A stretch of 64,000 nt of DNA from Sedimentisphaerales bacterium (GCA_963708075.1 OY970194.1:1728001-1792000); one strand, 5' to 3'. Positions 38,786 through 49,895 are shown, numbered from the stretch's first letter. The notes: generated by a model from the letters alone, not told the origin. Numbers and translations are program-made.

Positions 38786-41359
38786 ATGGATCACATTCAG
38801 CAGAAACTGGCCCTGATCGATGCGCAGCGTGCTGGACGCGGACTGTATCTTCCGCTCGTGAGCACAGCGCCGTTGTTTCTGCCTGCGATCGGCCTGATGA
38901 CAGGAATCGTGCTGCAGGAGTTGCTTTCGCGTTCGTGGAACGGTTCTGATTCTCCGCTCCTGACTTGGACATGGGTCGTTCTGTTGGGATTGTCCGCCGC
39001 GGCCGTTTGGGCGGGATTCGTCCGTGGCGTGTCGGCCGCCCATTCTGAGTGGCTCGCCTGTGCCGCATCGATCTGCCTGCTGTGCCTCGGCGCTATCCGG
39101 CTGCTGGCTTTTGAACGGGCGGCGCCATACGATGTCCGCGACATGGTTGGGGAAGAGCCCAGGCTCGCCACGATTCGCGGCCGCATCTTGACTCAGCCGT
39201 ACGAGCAATCCCAGAACTGGTGCTTTGCCCAACTCGCCAACACCGACCCTGCGACCGCATTCTACCTCGAAGCAGAGCAGATCAAGACGCCGACAGGCTG
39301 GCACCAGGTCGCCGGCAGGATTCGAGTGAGCGTGGATGAGCCGGCGCCGAACTTGAGAATCGGCGACGAGATCCAAGCCTGGTGCTGGCTCCATCGGTTT
39401 GAGGGCCCAACCAATCCCGGCCAGTTCGACCTGCCTGCCTATCTCAGGCGGCTGAACGTGTACGTGGGGGCATCGGTGCCATCGCGCGACGCCATTGAGT
39501 TGCAGGGTGAGGCAGGCACGGGCGTCCTGACCGCCCTGAGAAGGCGATTCACCGACGCGGCAGCACAAGGACTGCTGGAACATACGCCCTCCGATACGCA
39601 GGAAGAGGCCATGCTCGCGGCGCTGCTGTTGGGCGACAGGCGAGACATCGACCCCGAGACGTATGAGGCGTTCCGAAAGACCGGCCTGGCTCACATCATC
39701 AGTCTGTCCGGCATGAACCTCGCTGTCCTCATCGGCGTGATCTGGTGGTTCTGTAAGCTCGCAGGGCTCCCCAAACGTGCCCGGGCGGCTGTCTGTATCG
39801 TCGCCACCACAGCCTTTCTGCTCTCCGTGCCACCGATGGCGCCGATCTTTCGGGCCACGGTGATGGTATGGGTCTATTGCCTGGCCATCCTTTTTCGCCG
39901 GCGTGCGAGCAATCCGCTCAATTCCTTGTCTCTGGCCGCCATCATCCTGCTGCTGATTCGGCCGACGCAGTTGTTCGAGGCCGGATGGCAACTCTCGTTC
40001 AGCGCCGTGGCTGCTATTCTTGCGTTCACGCCGAGGATCGAGCATTTCATCCACGAGTGGACCGGCGGCTGGCTCCACAAGATGGACCGCCGGACCGGAC
40101 CGCGGATGCCCCTCATGCAAGGCGTGGGAGGACACATCATCCGGTTGTTCTCGGCGGGCACGGCAGCGTGGCTTGGCAACGCGGGGATTCTCCTCTACCA
40201 CTTCTACACGATCACACCGCTGGCAAGCCTCTGGACAGTTCTGGCCTCCCTGCCCGTGGCGGCCATCGTCACGCTGGGCTTTCTCAAGATCATCCTGTCC
40301 TTTGTCCTGCCCACCGCGAGCATGATTCTGGGGCTCATTCTTCCCGTGCTGGTGGATATCTTCATCTGGATTGTGAGGTTGTCGTCGCGGATCGATTTCT
40401 CCTCCACTCTGATTGGCCACGTGCCGCTCGTCCTGATCCTCCTGTACTACGCCCTTGTGTTCTTCGCGGCATTCGCTCATCTCCGTCGCCGCACCCTGAA
40501 GACAGGCCTCTGCGCGGTCATCGCGATCCTCCTGCTCTCTTGCCTGGTCCTGATGAAGTGGCATCGGACGCACCGCGATCACCTGAGCCTGACCTGCCTC
40601 GACGTGGGCCACGGCCAAGCCATCCTGGTCCAGTTGCCCGGCACGATGAACATTCTCTTCGACGCCGGCTCCATGTACACAAGCGATGTCGGGAGCCGGA
40701 TCGTGCTGCCCTTCCTCGACTACATCGGAGTCAGCCGTCTCCATGCCATCGTGCTGAGCCACCACGACATCGATCACATCAACGGCGTGCCCGAAGTCGT
40801 CGATCGGCGGCGGGTCGACCGCGTCTACGCAAACGACGTATTCCTCGCTCAGTCGCAAGCTGCGGAGACGGCCAAGCTTCTGTTGCAGCATTTGGAGGCG
40901 AGAGGCACCCAGGTTGATCGCGTCCCCGAGATCGTCACGGCCGGTCCCGCCCGCATTCTTATGCTCTGGCCGGTTGACGATCCGAACGCTCAGCGCCAGA
41001 TCAGTGATAACGATATGTCGCTCGTCAGCATGATCGAGCTCGCCGGCACAAGGGTCCTGCTGTGCTCAGACATCGAGAGGTTCGCACAGCGGCAGATCAT
41101 CCGTCTTCGTCCAGGCTTGAAAGCCGGCGTCGTCGTCGCGCCTCACCATGGCTCGATGACAACGCTGGATCCCGGATTCCTTCCAAAACTTGAAGCGAGC
41201 GTCCTTCTGTGCAGTTGCGGGAAACGTGACTTCGAGCAGGGACGTGTGGTCGGACGAGAGGACGCGGACGTCTGCTCCACCGCTCGGGATGGGGCGGTAT
41301 CCATTTGCATAAACGCCGACGGCGTGGTACAAAGACGACACGCAGCAAGAAAGAAGTGA
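38786..41359 (+). CDS. comEC: DNA internalization competence protein ComEC/Rec2
   Basis: NPGQFD, TGLAHIISLSGMN, GWQLSF, LDVGHGQA, SHHDIDHING, PHHGS. Confidence 0.93.
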   Translation: MDHIQQKLALIDAQRAGRGLYLPLVSTAPLFLPAIGLMTGIVLQELLSRSWNGSDSPLLTWTWVVLLGLSAAAVWAGFVRGVSAAHSEWLACAASICLLCLGAIRLLAFERAAPYDVRDMVGEEPRLATIRGRILTQPYEQSQNWCFAQLANTDPATAFYLEAEQIKTPTGWHQVAGRIRVSVDEPAPNLRIGDEIQAWCWLHRFEGPTNPGQFDLPAYLRRLNVYVGASVPSRDAIELQGEAGTGVLTALRRRFTDAAAQGLLEHTPSDTQEEAMLAALLLGDRRDIDPETYEAFRKTGLAHIISLSGMNLAVLIGVIWWFCKLAGLPKRARAAVCIVATTAFLLSVPPMAPIFRATVMVWVYCLAILFRRRASNPLNSLSLAAIILLLIRPTQLFEAGWQLSFSAVAAILAFTPRIEHFIHEWTGGWLHKMDRRTGPRMPLMQGVGGHIIRLFSAGTAAWLGNAGILLYHFYTITPLASLWTVLASLPVAAIVTLGFLKIILSFVLPTASMILGLILPVLVDIFIWIVRLSSRIDFSSTLIGHVPLVLILLYYALVFFAAFAHLRRRTLKTGLCAVIAILLLSCLVLMKWHRTHRDHLSLTCLDVGHGQAILVQLPGTMNILFDAGSMYTSDVGSRIVLPFLDYIGVSRLHAIVLSHHDIDHINGVPEVVDRRRVDRVYANDVFLAQSQAAETAKLLLQHLEARGTQVDRVPEIVTAGPARILMLWPVDDPNAQRQISDNDMSLVSMIELAGTRVLLCSDIERFAQRQIIRLRPGLKAGVVVAPHHGSMTTLDPGFLPKLEASVLLCSCGKRDFEQGRVVGREDADVCSTARDGAVSICINADGVVQRRHAARKK

Positions 41360-41388
41360 CATTGGTCGTCACTCGCGCACCTGTGGAG

Positions 41389-42623
41389 ATGAAGATGGTC
41401 AACAGAACCGCCCTCGCAATGGCAATCCTTATCGCCGCTCTCGTCCTTGTGAACTTCGCGCCGGCCGCCGAGCAGTCCTCGTCACAGACCAGGATAGACG
41501 ACTTGAGCTTTTATCAGCCTCCGATCACGATGACGGCGTATCCGCTCACGAATGCAGAAGGAGTCAGGAACGTCATTCTCTGCATCGGCGACGGCATGGG
41601 CCTCAGCCAGATTACCCTGGCAAGCATGAAGGCCGGCGGCTTGGCGGGCAGGCTCTGCATGGAGCGAATGCCGGTGACCGGGCTGGTTCGGACGTACTCA
41701 GCGAACTCGCGGGTGACGGATTCGGCGGCCGCCGGAACTGCGATGGCGGCCGGCGTCAAGACGAACAACGGCATGATCGGCTGCGCCCCCGGCGGGCAGG
41801 TGTACCAGACGATCCTCGAAGCGGCAGAGGCCAGGGGCATGGCGACCGGCCTCGTGGCAACATCCACGATCACCCATGCGACACCTGCCTCCTTCGCCTC
41901 ACATGTGAACTCGCGGGCAACGGAGGCCGCTATCGCTGAGCAGTTGATCGCCAACAAAGTCAACGTCTTGTTCGGTGGAGGCAGGAAGTACTTCCTGCCC
42001 AAGTCGGACCCGAACAGCGCACGCAAGGACGACCGGGACCTGATCGCCGAGGCCCGGCAGGCGGGCTATACGTACGTCACGACGGACCGCGAGTTGCACT
42101 CCGCGCATTCCACTCACGTGCTCGGATTATTCCAGTTCGACTCCTTGACGACCGTCGCGCCCGAGCCGAATCTGGCCTCGCTCACGCGAAAGGCAATCGA
42201 GGTGCTCAGAAAGGCCAATGGCAAATCCGCCCCTGCGGAGCCGGGCTTTTTCCTGATGGTCGAGGGCAGCCAGATCGACTGGGCCTGCCACGACAACGAT
42301 CCCAAGCGTGCGATCCGGCAGACGCTGCTCTTCGATCAGGCGGTCCAGGCCGCGGTGGACTTCGCGCTGCAGGACGGGCACACACTGGTCATCGTGACGG
42401 CAGACCACGAGAACCGGCGGGTCTCACGCTTCTGGAGGGCAGCAAGACGGGTTCCGATCCGGCCGTCCGCTGGTCAACGAAGGGGCATACGAGTTCGCCC
42501 GTGCCGATTAGCGCGCTGGGCCCCAGGGCCGCAATATTTGCCGGCATCCAGGACAACACGGATATCCCCAGGAAGATTGCCGGTTTGCTCGGCATCACGC
42601 CATTTCCGCGACCTGTCCAATGA
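41389..42623 (+). CDS. Alkaline phosphatase, apparent frameshift near 42412-42421
   Basis: NVILCIGDGMG, VTDSAAAGTA, ITHATPA, MVEGSQIDWACH, TADHE; the shifted frame continues (TGG)LT...GHTSSPVP...DNTDI. Confidence 0.9.
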
Positions 42624-42826
42624 GCACACATGAGACTATCCTGCGCGTGGATGCAACGTACGACCTTATGGTGAAGGTCGGCGACAGGGTGTGTCGGGGA
42701 GACAGGCTGTCGCAGAATCCTGAGGCGAGCGCGGTATCGACGGCGTCCGTGGCGGGTACCATCCGGAGTATCCAGTTCGATCCCGAGCGGCATGAGTTCG
42801 TGATCGTAATCGCGGCGGCGACGTAG
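42620..42826 (+). CDS. Small barrel-sandwich-hybrid-like protein
   Basis: ATGA overlap with the phosphatase; VKVGDRVCRGDRL...ASVAGTIRSI. Confidence 0.6.
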   Translation: MSTHETILRVDATYDLMVKVGDRVCRGDRLSQNPEASAVSTASVAGTIRSIQFDPERHEFVIVIAAAT

Positions 42827-42954
42827 CGGCCGGAAAAAAGGCTGGGTAAGCAAGGATCGCTGTACGTCCCTGCTTACCCACGCGCATCCAACTATTGTCT
42901 CGCGCGTTCGCGACGCGCACACATTGCCTGTTCGAGCTTGCGGTCCGCTACGAT

Positions 42955-43644
42955 TTACGAATTGGAGGCCGTCGCCACGCTGCGCTGGCGCAGATAGACG
43001 ACGATTTCGACGCGGCGGTTCTTGGCCTTGCCGTCGGCTGTGGAGTTCGACGCAACCGGCCGAGCTGAACCGCAGCCGGAGGCCTGGACCTGCTTGTCGG
43101 GAATGCCGTGATCGATCAGGTATCTTGTCACAGAAAGCGCACGCTGCGCCGACAGCTCCCAGTTGTCCTTCCAGGACGACTTCTTGATTGGCTCGGTGTC
43201 CGTGTGGCCCACCACGTCGACTTGCTTGCCCGAGTACTTGTCCTTGAGGACGCCCAGGATGTGATCCAGTTCCTTGCTCGTGGCGCTCTTGAGCGTAGCT
43301 TTGCCTGAATCAAACAGAATCGTGTTCGCCAGCGTCACCGTGATCGTTCCGGCGGCCGGGTCGAATTTGACATCATACTCTTCCCCAAAACCGCTGGCCT
43401 TGGCAGGCGACTGGTTCAGTTGCTCGATCTGCCGGCGCAGCTCGTCAATCGTCTGCTGGTCCTGAGAAATGCGATCCGCCATCGCCTGTTTCTCACCCTG
43501 CACGCTCTCGAACCGGCCCTTGAGGTTTTGGTGTTCGACATTGAGGTAGTCATACTTCTTCTTGTAGTCGGTACAACCCGACAACAGTGACACCAGAACA
43601 ATGCCGACGAGGGGAACGATAACTCTTGTGTTGATGACTTGCAT
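42955..43644 (-). CDS. OmpA/MotB family lipoprotein with coiled coil
   Basis: LSGC lipobox; ILFDSGKA, VVGHTD, NWELSAQRA, NRRVEI. Confidence 0.9.
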   Translation of the reverse strand: MQVINTRVIVPLVGIVLVSLLSGCTDYKKKYDYLNVEHQNLKGRFESVQGEKQAMADRISQDQQTIDELRRQIEQLNQSPAKASGFGEEYDVKFDPAAGTITVTLANTILFDSGKATLKSATSKELDHILGVLKDKYSGKQVDVVGHTDTEPIKKSSWKDNWELSAQRALSVTRYLIDHGIPDKQVQASGCGSARPVASNSTADGKAKNRRVEIVVYLRQRSVATASNS

Positions 43645-43684
43645 TTGGCACCTCCCTGTAACAAGCACATCCAACCCTGCCGCG

Positions 43685-44873
43685 TCACAGGTACAACATA
43701 CGAGCAATGCGGCCCAGGATCCAATCGTGGAAGATCATAACAGTAAATACGGCTAATGACAAGAAGGGACCATAGGGAATCTGGCGAATTTTTTTGAAAA
43801 TCATTTGAAAAAGTGCCCAGCCCAGGCCGAAGAACGGCGCGATAAAGAAGGCAATTACGACCATTAGCGGACCCACGACCGCCCCAGCGGCGCCCATCAG
43901 GTGCACGTCCCCCAGTCCCATGGCCTCCTTGCCGAATGCAAGGGTCCCGAGGACGCGGGTCGCCCAGACGACGCCGCAGCCGACAAAGTAACCGAACAGG
44001 CTACCGAGGAGAACCGGCCGCGACAGGGTATGCCATGAGGTCGCCCCACCACTGCCCGATTGGGCCGGGTTTTCGGACAATCGCTGAGGCGGCAACCGCA
44101 CACAGGATGATCGGCAGCAGGAAGACGATCTCGCGGAGTGCTTCGAGGCGGTGATTGAAATCCGGCTCCTCGCAAGCGTCCGCGCCCACGGGTACACTGC
44201 CACTATCCTTCTCCACGGCAAGCTGGTCATGCACCTCAGGCTGCGCGGACTCGTAGCTCCTCTTGAGCAGGCCGGTCCTGAGCAACAGTCCGCTGATCCC
44301 AAGCCCTACCGCCCCGCCAAGGGCAAGGGCACCCGTCTTGGCAGAGGCCAGCGGCAACAGCTTGTACTCTACGAGCACCTGTGGGTGGATGATGTAGCCC
44401 CCGACGGCCGAGCCGATCAGGCCTGCCGCAGTGACCAACCAGCAGATCGAAAGCGGAATAATCCACAACTCCAAGTCAATACCTGACGCCGCGATAAAAG
44501 CGGAAAGCAGGATAAGATGGAGGGCATAGATAAGCCAGGCTCCGTAAAGATCATGCAGAACAGGCCGCAGGCTCATGTGAAAATAGATAATGTACAGGCT
44601 CAAGAACACCGAGCCCGTCAGCAGTTCTACAATGAAGTAGCGGGCGGAGATCGGCGACTTACAGTTCCGGCACCTGGCCCTCAGGACGATCCACGAGACC
44701 AGCGGGATGTTGTCGTAGAACCGGATCGGCTTGCCGCAGTGCGGACACGCCGAGCCCGGCGACACGAGCGACTTCTCGCGGGGCAGCCGATAGATCACGA
44801 CGTTCAGAAAGCTGCCGATGCAGCACCCGAGCGCCAAAACAAATGCCGCCAGAATCCATTCCTGCGGAGTCAT
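43685..44873 (-). CDS. pilD: Prepilin peptidase (A24), apparent frameshift near 44012
   Basis: GSFLNVVIYRLP, CPHC, NIPLVSW..LRARCRNC, IDLE; second frame has AMGLGDVHL and IPYGPFL. Confidence 0.88.
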
Positions 44874-44886
44874 GTTACCTCCATGC

Positions 44887-44976
44887 ATTGATTATGGATG
44901 ATGGATGATTGATTATTGAAGAGAAGTCCGGCTTCCTCCGCCAATCATCCATCATCGATAATCCTTAATCAATCTT
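44887..44976. repeat. Inverted arrays of 7-bp repeats between argG and the peptidase
   Basis: ATTGATT ATGGATG ATGGATG ATTGATT ATTGAAG ... CAATCAT CCATCAT CGATAAT CCTTAAT CAATCTT. Confidence 0.75.
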
Positions 44977-46192
44977 CTTTATGTGCCTCGCGATTAACCG
45001 CCCCGGCCACCTTCACCGGCAGCGCAAACAGCCGGATAAAGCCCTTGGCATCCGTCTGATCGTACTCGCTGCCCATCTTAAAGCTGGCCAGATTCGTCTG
45101 GTAGAGGCTGTGCGGACTGGTCATCCCCGCCGCCGTGCAGCGCCCCTTGAACAGCTTGAGCCGGACCTCGCCGGTGACGTTGCGCTGCGTGGCGTTTACG
45201 AACGCATCCAAAGCCTCGCGCAGCGGGCTGAACCACAGGCCGTAGTAGACCAGTTCCGCGTATTTCAACGCCACCTGCTGCTTGTAATGCATCGTTTCCC
45301 GATCTACGGTCAGGCTTTCGAGAGCGCTATGCGCGGTCATCAGAATCGTCCCGCCCGGCGTCTCATAGACACCGCGGGATTTCATGCCCACGAGGCGATT
45401 CTCGACAACATCAACCTGGCCGACGGCGTGCTTGCCGCCGATCTGGTTCAGCGTTTCAATGAGTCTGACGCCATTGATCGCCCGGCCGTCGAGCTTCACG
45501 GGCACGCCCTCATGGAAGCCGATCCTGACGTAGTCCGGCCGATTCGGCGTGCTCGACACGGGGTTGGAAATCACGAACAGCTTATCCTTAGGCTCATTCG
45601 CCGGGTCTTCCAGGTCCGCCCCCTCATGGCTGATGTGCCACAGGTTGCGGTCGCGGGAGTAAATTTTCTTCTTGCTCTGCTCGATGGGGATCTTGTGCTT
45701 CCTGGCGTAATCGATCGCGGCCTCGCGCGAGGTCAGCTTGAAGTTCGGGTCCTTCCAAGGGGCGATGATCTTCAGGGCCGGATCGAGCGCCATGTATGTT
45801 ACCTCGAACCGAACCTGGTCGTTGCCCTTGCCCGTAGCGCCGTGCGCTACTCCCGTCGCCTTCTCCGCGTGGGCCACATCGACCTGATATTTGGCAATCA
45901 GCGGCCGGGCGATGCTCGTCCCCAGCAGGTAGCCATTCTCGTAGATAGCCCCGGCCTTGAGCATCGGCCAGAGGTACTCCTCGACGAACTCCCGCCGCAG
46001 GTCCTTCACCACACACTTGACCGCCCCGCTGGCCAGCGCCTTCTTCTTGATCCCTTCCAGCTCATCGCCCTGCCCCAGCTCGGCGGCGAACGCCACGACG
46101 TCGTATCCGTAGGTCTCCTTCAGCCACGGCAGAATCACACTCGTATCCAGCCCCCCGCTGTACGCCAGCACCACTTTCTCTTTCTTTGCCAT
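44969..46192 (-). CDS. argG: Argininosuccinate synthase
   Basis: VLAYSGGLDTS, HGATGKGNDQVRFE, ENRLVGMKSRGVYETPG. Confidence 0.98.
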   Translation of the reverse strand: MAKKEKVVLAYSGGLDTSVILPWLKETYGYDVVAFAAELGQGDELEGIKKKALASGAVKCVVKDLRREFVEEYLWPMLKAGAIYENGYLLGTSIARPLIAKYQVDVAHAEKATGVAHGATGKGNDQVRFEVTYMALDPALKIIAPWKDPNFKLTSREAAIDYARKHKIPIEQSKKKIYSRDRNLWHISHEGADLEDPANEPKDKLFVISNPVSSTPNRPDYVRIGFHEGVPVKLDGRAINGVRLIETLNQIGGKHAVGQVDVVENRLVGMKSRGVYETPGGTILMTAHSALESLTVDRETMHYKQQVALKYAELVYYGLWFSPLREALDAFVNATQRNVTGEVRLKLFKGRCTAAGMTSPHSLYQTNLASFKMGSEYDQTDAKGFIRLFALPVKVAGAVNREAHKED

Positions 46193-46349
46193 AGTCACCC
46201 CTTCATGCACAGAGTTTTTGCGAAGCCAGGATTATACGGACCCGCAGGCTGCAATTCAAAGGAATCTCTGCCGCGATCATATCTGTTCTCCCGCCTTCTT
46301 TGCGACCCTCGTGCGGCAACGATCTCGCGCCGCCATCCGCGTGGTTCGG

Positions 46350-48152
46350 TTACGGAGCCTTCAGGAACTGATCGAGTTCTTCGTACTGGAGCCAGAGCTT
46401 CTGGTTGAGGGCACTCAGTACGCCGAGCTCGCCGCGGGAGCGGACCCGGCCGGCATAGGTCTGGAAGAGCTGCTCGATTGGAGCGGCTTGGAATTCAGAC
46501 AGAGCGGCTTTCTTCTCGGCCGATAGTCGCGATGGGTCGATCTTCCCAGTCAGCCAGCGGTCCTTCAGTGTGTAGGCGGGCTCGAGCTTTTGGCCGACTT
46601 CGTCGAGCAGGAGCGTGAATTGCAGGTTTGCCGCCAGCCAGTCCAGATTGCCTCGATGGCGGGCGTCCTCTGCCTGTGCTCGGAGAGACTCGACGGTCGA
46701 GAGCAGGTCCATAAGACGGCTTCTGAGCCCTGCGTCGATCCGGCCCCAGCGGGGATTGTAAGGGAAGTACTCCGGAGATTCCGGGCCGGCAAACAAGCCC
46801 TCCCGGTCAATGCGTGCCAGGATCGGCGCCAGCGTGGTTCCGGCGCGCTGGCCGAACTGAGCCGTGCAGTCCTGCTGATAGATCGCCTCGACCGTCGCCG
46901 GGCTGTTGGGCTCACGCGCGAAGCGGGCGAAGGTATCCAGGTTCAGCCGGGTCTCCTCGGTGCGCCAGTGAATCGCGACGACCCCATCCAGCTTCTGTTC
47001 GCGTGCCAGCTTGACGTGCTCTCGCATCCGGGCCACTCGCGGCTGGAGATGCCAGAGCTGTTGGTCACCTTCCAGCCAGGGAATCGCCCAAACGGGGCGG
47101 TTTCTGGCAATCCGGGCTAGGAACGCCGGCTGTGGAGACAAGCCCTGATTCGGATTCAGGCACGTGAACACAATGTCCTTCGGCAGCACCTTGTCCAGGC
47201 CGAGCAGGATGTCCGGCAGTTGCGTCCCGCCGCCCCAGCCGCCGATAGCGACCTTGACGTTCGGCGACTTCTCGCGGATGTACGAATACGCCTGGCGAAT
47301 ATACGCAAGGGACCAGACGCCCGTGAATCCGGTACCTTCGTTGCCTGTCTCTTCGAAGAGAGGTGCTTCCTGGGCGTACAGCTTCCGGAACTCGGCGGAC
47401 AGCTCAGGGCGCCCCACGTACATGGTGTGCTCGTGAAGCCACAGCCAGATCCAGTCGATGCCAGGGTAGGCCCGGAGGATGTCGTCGATGGTGGCCCGCA
47501 GGATTTCGATAGAGGCTGGGTGGGTGGGGTCGGGCAGCATCGCCCCGCGAATCCAGGAGTCCGGCGGGACGATCGACGCGAACTCGGGCGGGTGAATCCC
47601 GAATTCGAAGCCCATCGCCATCTGAATGCCGCGCTCGTGGGCCATCGCCAGCACCCGCCGCATCAATTCCTGGGCCCGCCGGTACCGATCCTCATTGTCC
47701 CGAGCCAGCACAGCGCATCTCGCGCCGAACGCCTCTGCTCCTTCCGGCATGGGGAATACCTTGCCCGTTCCGAAGGCAAAGTCCCGCACCCTGAGAGGCC
47801 GATACCCCCACCGGGCCGTCAATGACGTGTCAAATCCGGCGGCAGGCACAACGTCGCGGTACTCGATGCGAATCATCGGCTCGACATAGGGCGCGTATCG
47901 CTCCGCCCCGCCGGTATAGCAATGAAACCCAACGAAATTGAGCCCAAGCTCCTTGAGCCGGTCAAGGTACCGCTCATAATCTCCTTCATCCCAAGCCGTA
48001 GGCCCCGAGAGGAAATTATGCCACGGCAGCGTCCCGCGAAGTGCAAAACCCGCATCTTCCGCTGCCCTTACCTGCCCGCTCAGCGCAGGCACATCTATGA
48101 CAATGGCAAAACACGCTACGAATAGTCTCGTCACAAATCTGGTGCCTTCCAT
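46350..48152 (-). CDS. Secreted hypothetical protein, probable glycoside-hydrolase-like TIM barrel
   Basis: Signal-like N-terminus; FALRGTLPWHNFLSGP..W...Y..YLDRL..LGLNF; WAIPWLEGD. Confidence 0.6.
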   Translation of the reverse strand: MEGTRFVTRLFVACFAIVIDVPALSGQVRAAEDAGFALRGTLPWHNFLSGPTAWDEGDYERYLDRLKELGLNFVGFHCYTGGAERYAPYVEPMIRIEYRDVVPAAGFDTSLTARWGYRPLRVRDFAFGTGKVFPMPEGAEAFGARCAVLARDNEDRYRRAQELMRRVLAMAHERGIQMAMGFEFGIHPPEFASIVPPDSWIRGAMLPDPTHPASIEILRATIDDILRAYPGIDWIWLWLHEHTMYVGRPELSAEFRKLYAQEAPLFEETGNEGTGFTGVWSLAYIRQAYSYIREKSPNVKVAIGGWGGGTQLPDILLGLDKVLPKDIVFTCLNPNQGLSPQPAFLARIARNRPVWAIPWLEGDQQLWHLQPRVARMREHVKLAREQKLDGVVAIHWRTEETRLNLDTFARFAREPNSPATVEAIYQQDCTAQFGQRAGTTLAPILARIDREGLFAGPESPEYFPYNPRWGRIDAGLRSRLMDLLSTVESLRAQAEDARHRGNLDWLAANLQFTLLLDEVGQKLEPAYTLKDRWLTGKIDPSRLSAEKKAALSEFQAAPIEQLFQTYAGRVRSRGELGVLSALNQKLWLQYEELDQFLKAP

Positions 48153-48219
48153 GACATCCTCCAGACAATGAATCGAGAATCAACGATAGTCCGTTTGGCG
48201 GCTCTTCCTTGTGTGCCTG

Positions 48220-49779
48220 TCACGCCGTACCGCTGTAACATTGCCACTCGATTTTGCCGAGCTTCTTGAGGGCGTAGCCGATCTCACGAAGATAGTCGCC
48301 GTAGATGATCTGCGTGTGGAATCCCTCCATCTCGGCCATGAGCCGGCGCCAGTCGCCATCGATGGCGATCTCCATCTGCGACCGGCAAGCGGGGTAGGCG
48401 GGCGATTCGACGATGGTCCCGCGAAAGCCCTGCCACTTGGTGCATCGAAGGTTCGGAATCACGACGGTGACCGTCTGGCCTTTCGTGTACTCGACCCGGC
48501 AGGCGGCCCCGTAGTCGGATTCGAAGTGGGTCATGATCGTCGCCGGCTCGTAGTCCCTGCCGTTCATTTTCCGCGGGGCCGCACAGTGTGCGACGGTGAA
48601 CAGGCCGTCGTGCGGGAAGTGCGAGTTGCAGACGAACGTCGGCCGGCCGGCAATCCACCGCATCAGGACTCCGGGGAACGTGTGCGACAGATCGGTATGA
48701 CAATACGCCGTATAGCCTGCATCATTGGCCAGACTGAGCACCAGGCATGGCGGCGTGTCCAGCATCTCGATCACCTGCCCGCCCATGCATCGCGCAAAGC
48801 CGAAGTTCGAGGCCCCTGTCTCCGCCAGCAACTGCTCGCACACACCCAATGCCAGGCAGGAGTTGACGACGAACTTCCGCTGCGTTTGCAGCGTGACGTT
48901 GGGCGTCTTGAGCAACTCCTCCGCGCGCCGCTCGGCATTCTCTACGAGCTTCGGATCATTGCGGGCCTTGGTCAATCGCTCGGCGAACTGCTGCTCCGTG
49001 ATGCTCTCAATCCGGTAGTCCCACACCTCCTTGGCATGGACGGGGCCGTTGGCCTGTGCCGGTTCGCTGTACGCGATCAAGCCGCCGATAGCCAGCATCT
49101 TCGTCCCCTTGGAATTAGCCAGTCCATAGAGGGCGCGCAGCCGCCAGAGCAGTTGGCCGTAGTCATCGACGACGATATCCTGCACGTCCGCGCTGGGCAC
49201 AACGAATGTGTCGCCATTCTGCCGCAGGAAGCGCCAATGGGCAATTTCGTACCAAAGGTAGAACGGCCCGGACTTGTGCCGAATGAACATGATCATCGAG
49301 GCTTTGGAGGCGGCCACCGCATTGACGATTTCAGTCCCACCCGATGCCGCGTACAGGACGATCGCGTCCGCATCGGTCCCGGCGACCTTCTTGCCCTCCT
49401 CCTCGCTTCGTACGCTGACCAGCGGCAGCACCTCTATCGGGAACTCCGCTCCATCCACCAGCTTTGCCAATTCGTCCTTGATGCGGCCGATCTCGGCCGC
49501 GACATCGCTCTCAGTGCTCAGTCCGCCGTAGCCCCGCCAGCTCGTCTTCTCCTGCCGCTGTGCCAGGCTGTACATCAGCACCGGCTGCACGCGAACGGCC
49601 CGCCCCTTCGGCAAAGCCTGTCCCCCGGCTGCGGCTCCGCCTGATGCAGTCTTCCGCTTCGTCGATTCTCCGCCGCTAAGTCCCGCAACTGCCGCCACCG
49701 CTCCCAGCCCGCCTAAAAATCCCCGCCGGCTGATTCCTGCATCACTACTGCTCACACTCCCTGGATTCTCGCTACACAT
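48220..49779 (-). CDS. Tat-signal L-fucose/L-arabinose isomerase-like protein
   Basis: ISRRGFLG twin-arginine motif; PPCLVLSLAND..C, AHCAAPRKMNG, THFESDYG, CRSQ, H..IYGDY. Confidence 0.7.
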   Translation of the reverse strand: MCSENPGSVSSSDAGISRRGFLGGLGAVAAVAGLSGGESTKRKTASGGAAAGGQALPKGRAVRVQPVLMYSLAQRQEKTSWRGYGGLSTESDVAAEIGRIKDELAKLVDGAEFPIEVLPLVSVRSEEEGKKVAGTDADAIVLYAASGGTEIVNAVAASKASMIMFIRHKSGPFYLWYEIAHWRFLRQNGDTFVVPSADVQDIVVDDYGQLLWRLRALYGLANSKGTKMLAIGGLIAYSEPAQANGPVHAKEVWDYRIESITEQQFAERLTKARNDPKLVENAERRAEELLKTPNVTLQTQRKFVVNSCLALGVCEQLLAETGASNFGFARCMGGQVIEMLDTPPCLVLSLANDAGYTAYCHTDLSHTFPGVLMRWIAGRPTFVCNSHFPHDGLFTVAHCAAPRKMNGRDYEPATIMTHFESDYGAACRVEYTKGQTVTVVIPNLRCTKWQGFRGTIVESPAYPACRSQMEIAIDGDWRRLMAEMEGFHTQIIYGDYLREIGYALKKLGKIEWQCYSGTA

Positions 49780-49895
49780 GGTGGTCTCTCCAATCTGAAT
49801 AATCTGCCTGAAGTGCAAACGCGGGGATCCGACCCCGCCGTCGCAGAGCCAACAGGGCCGACATTCGTGCTGCTCCAGTCAATTCCTGTTATCGT

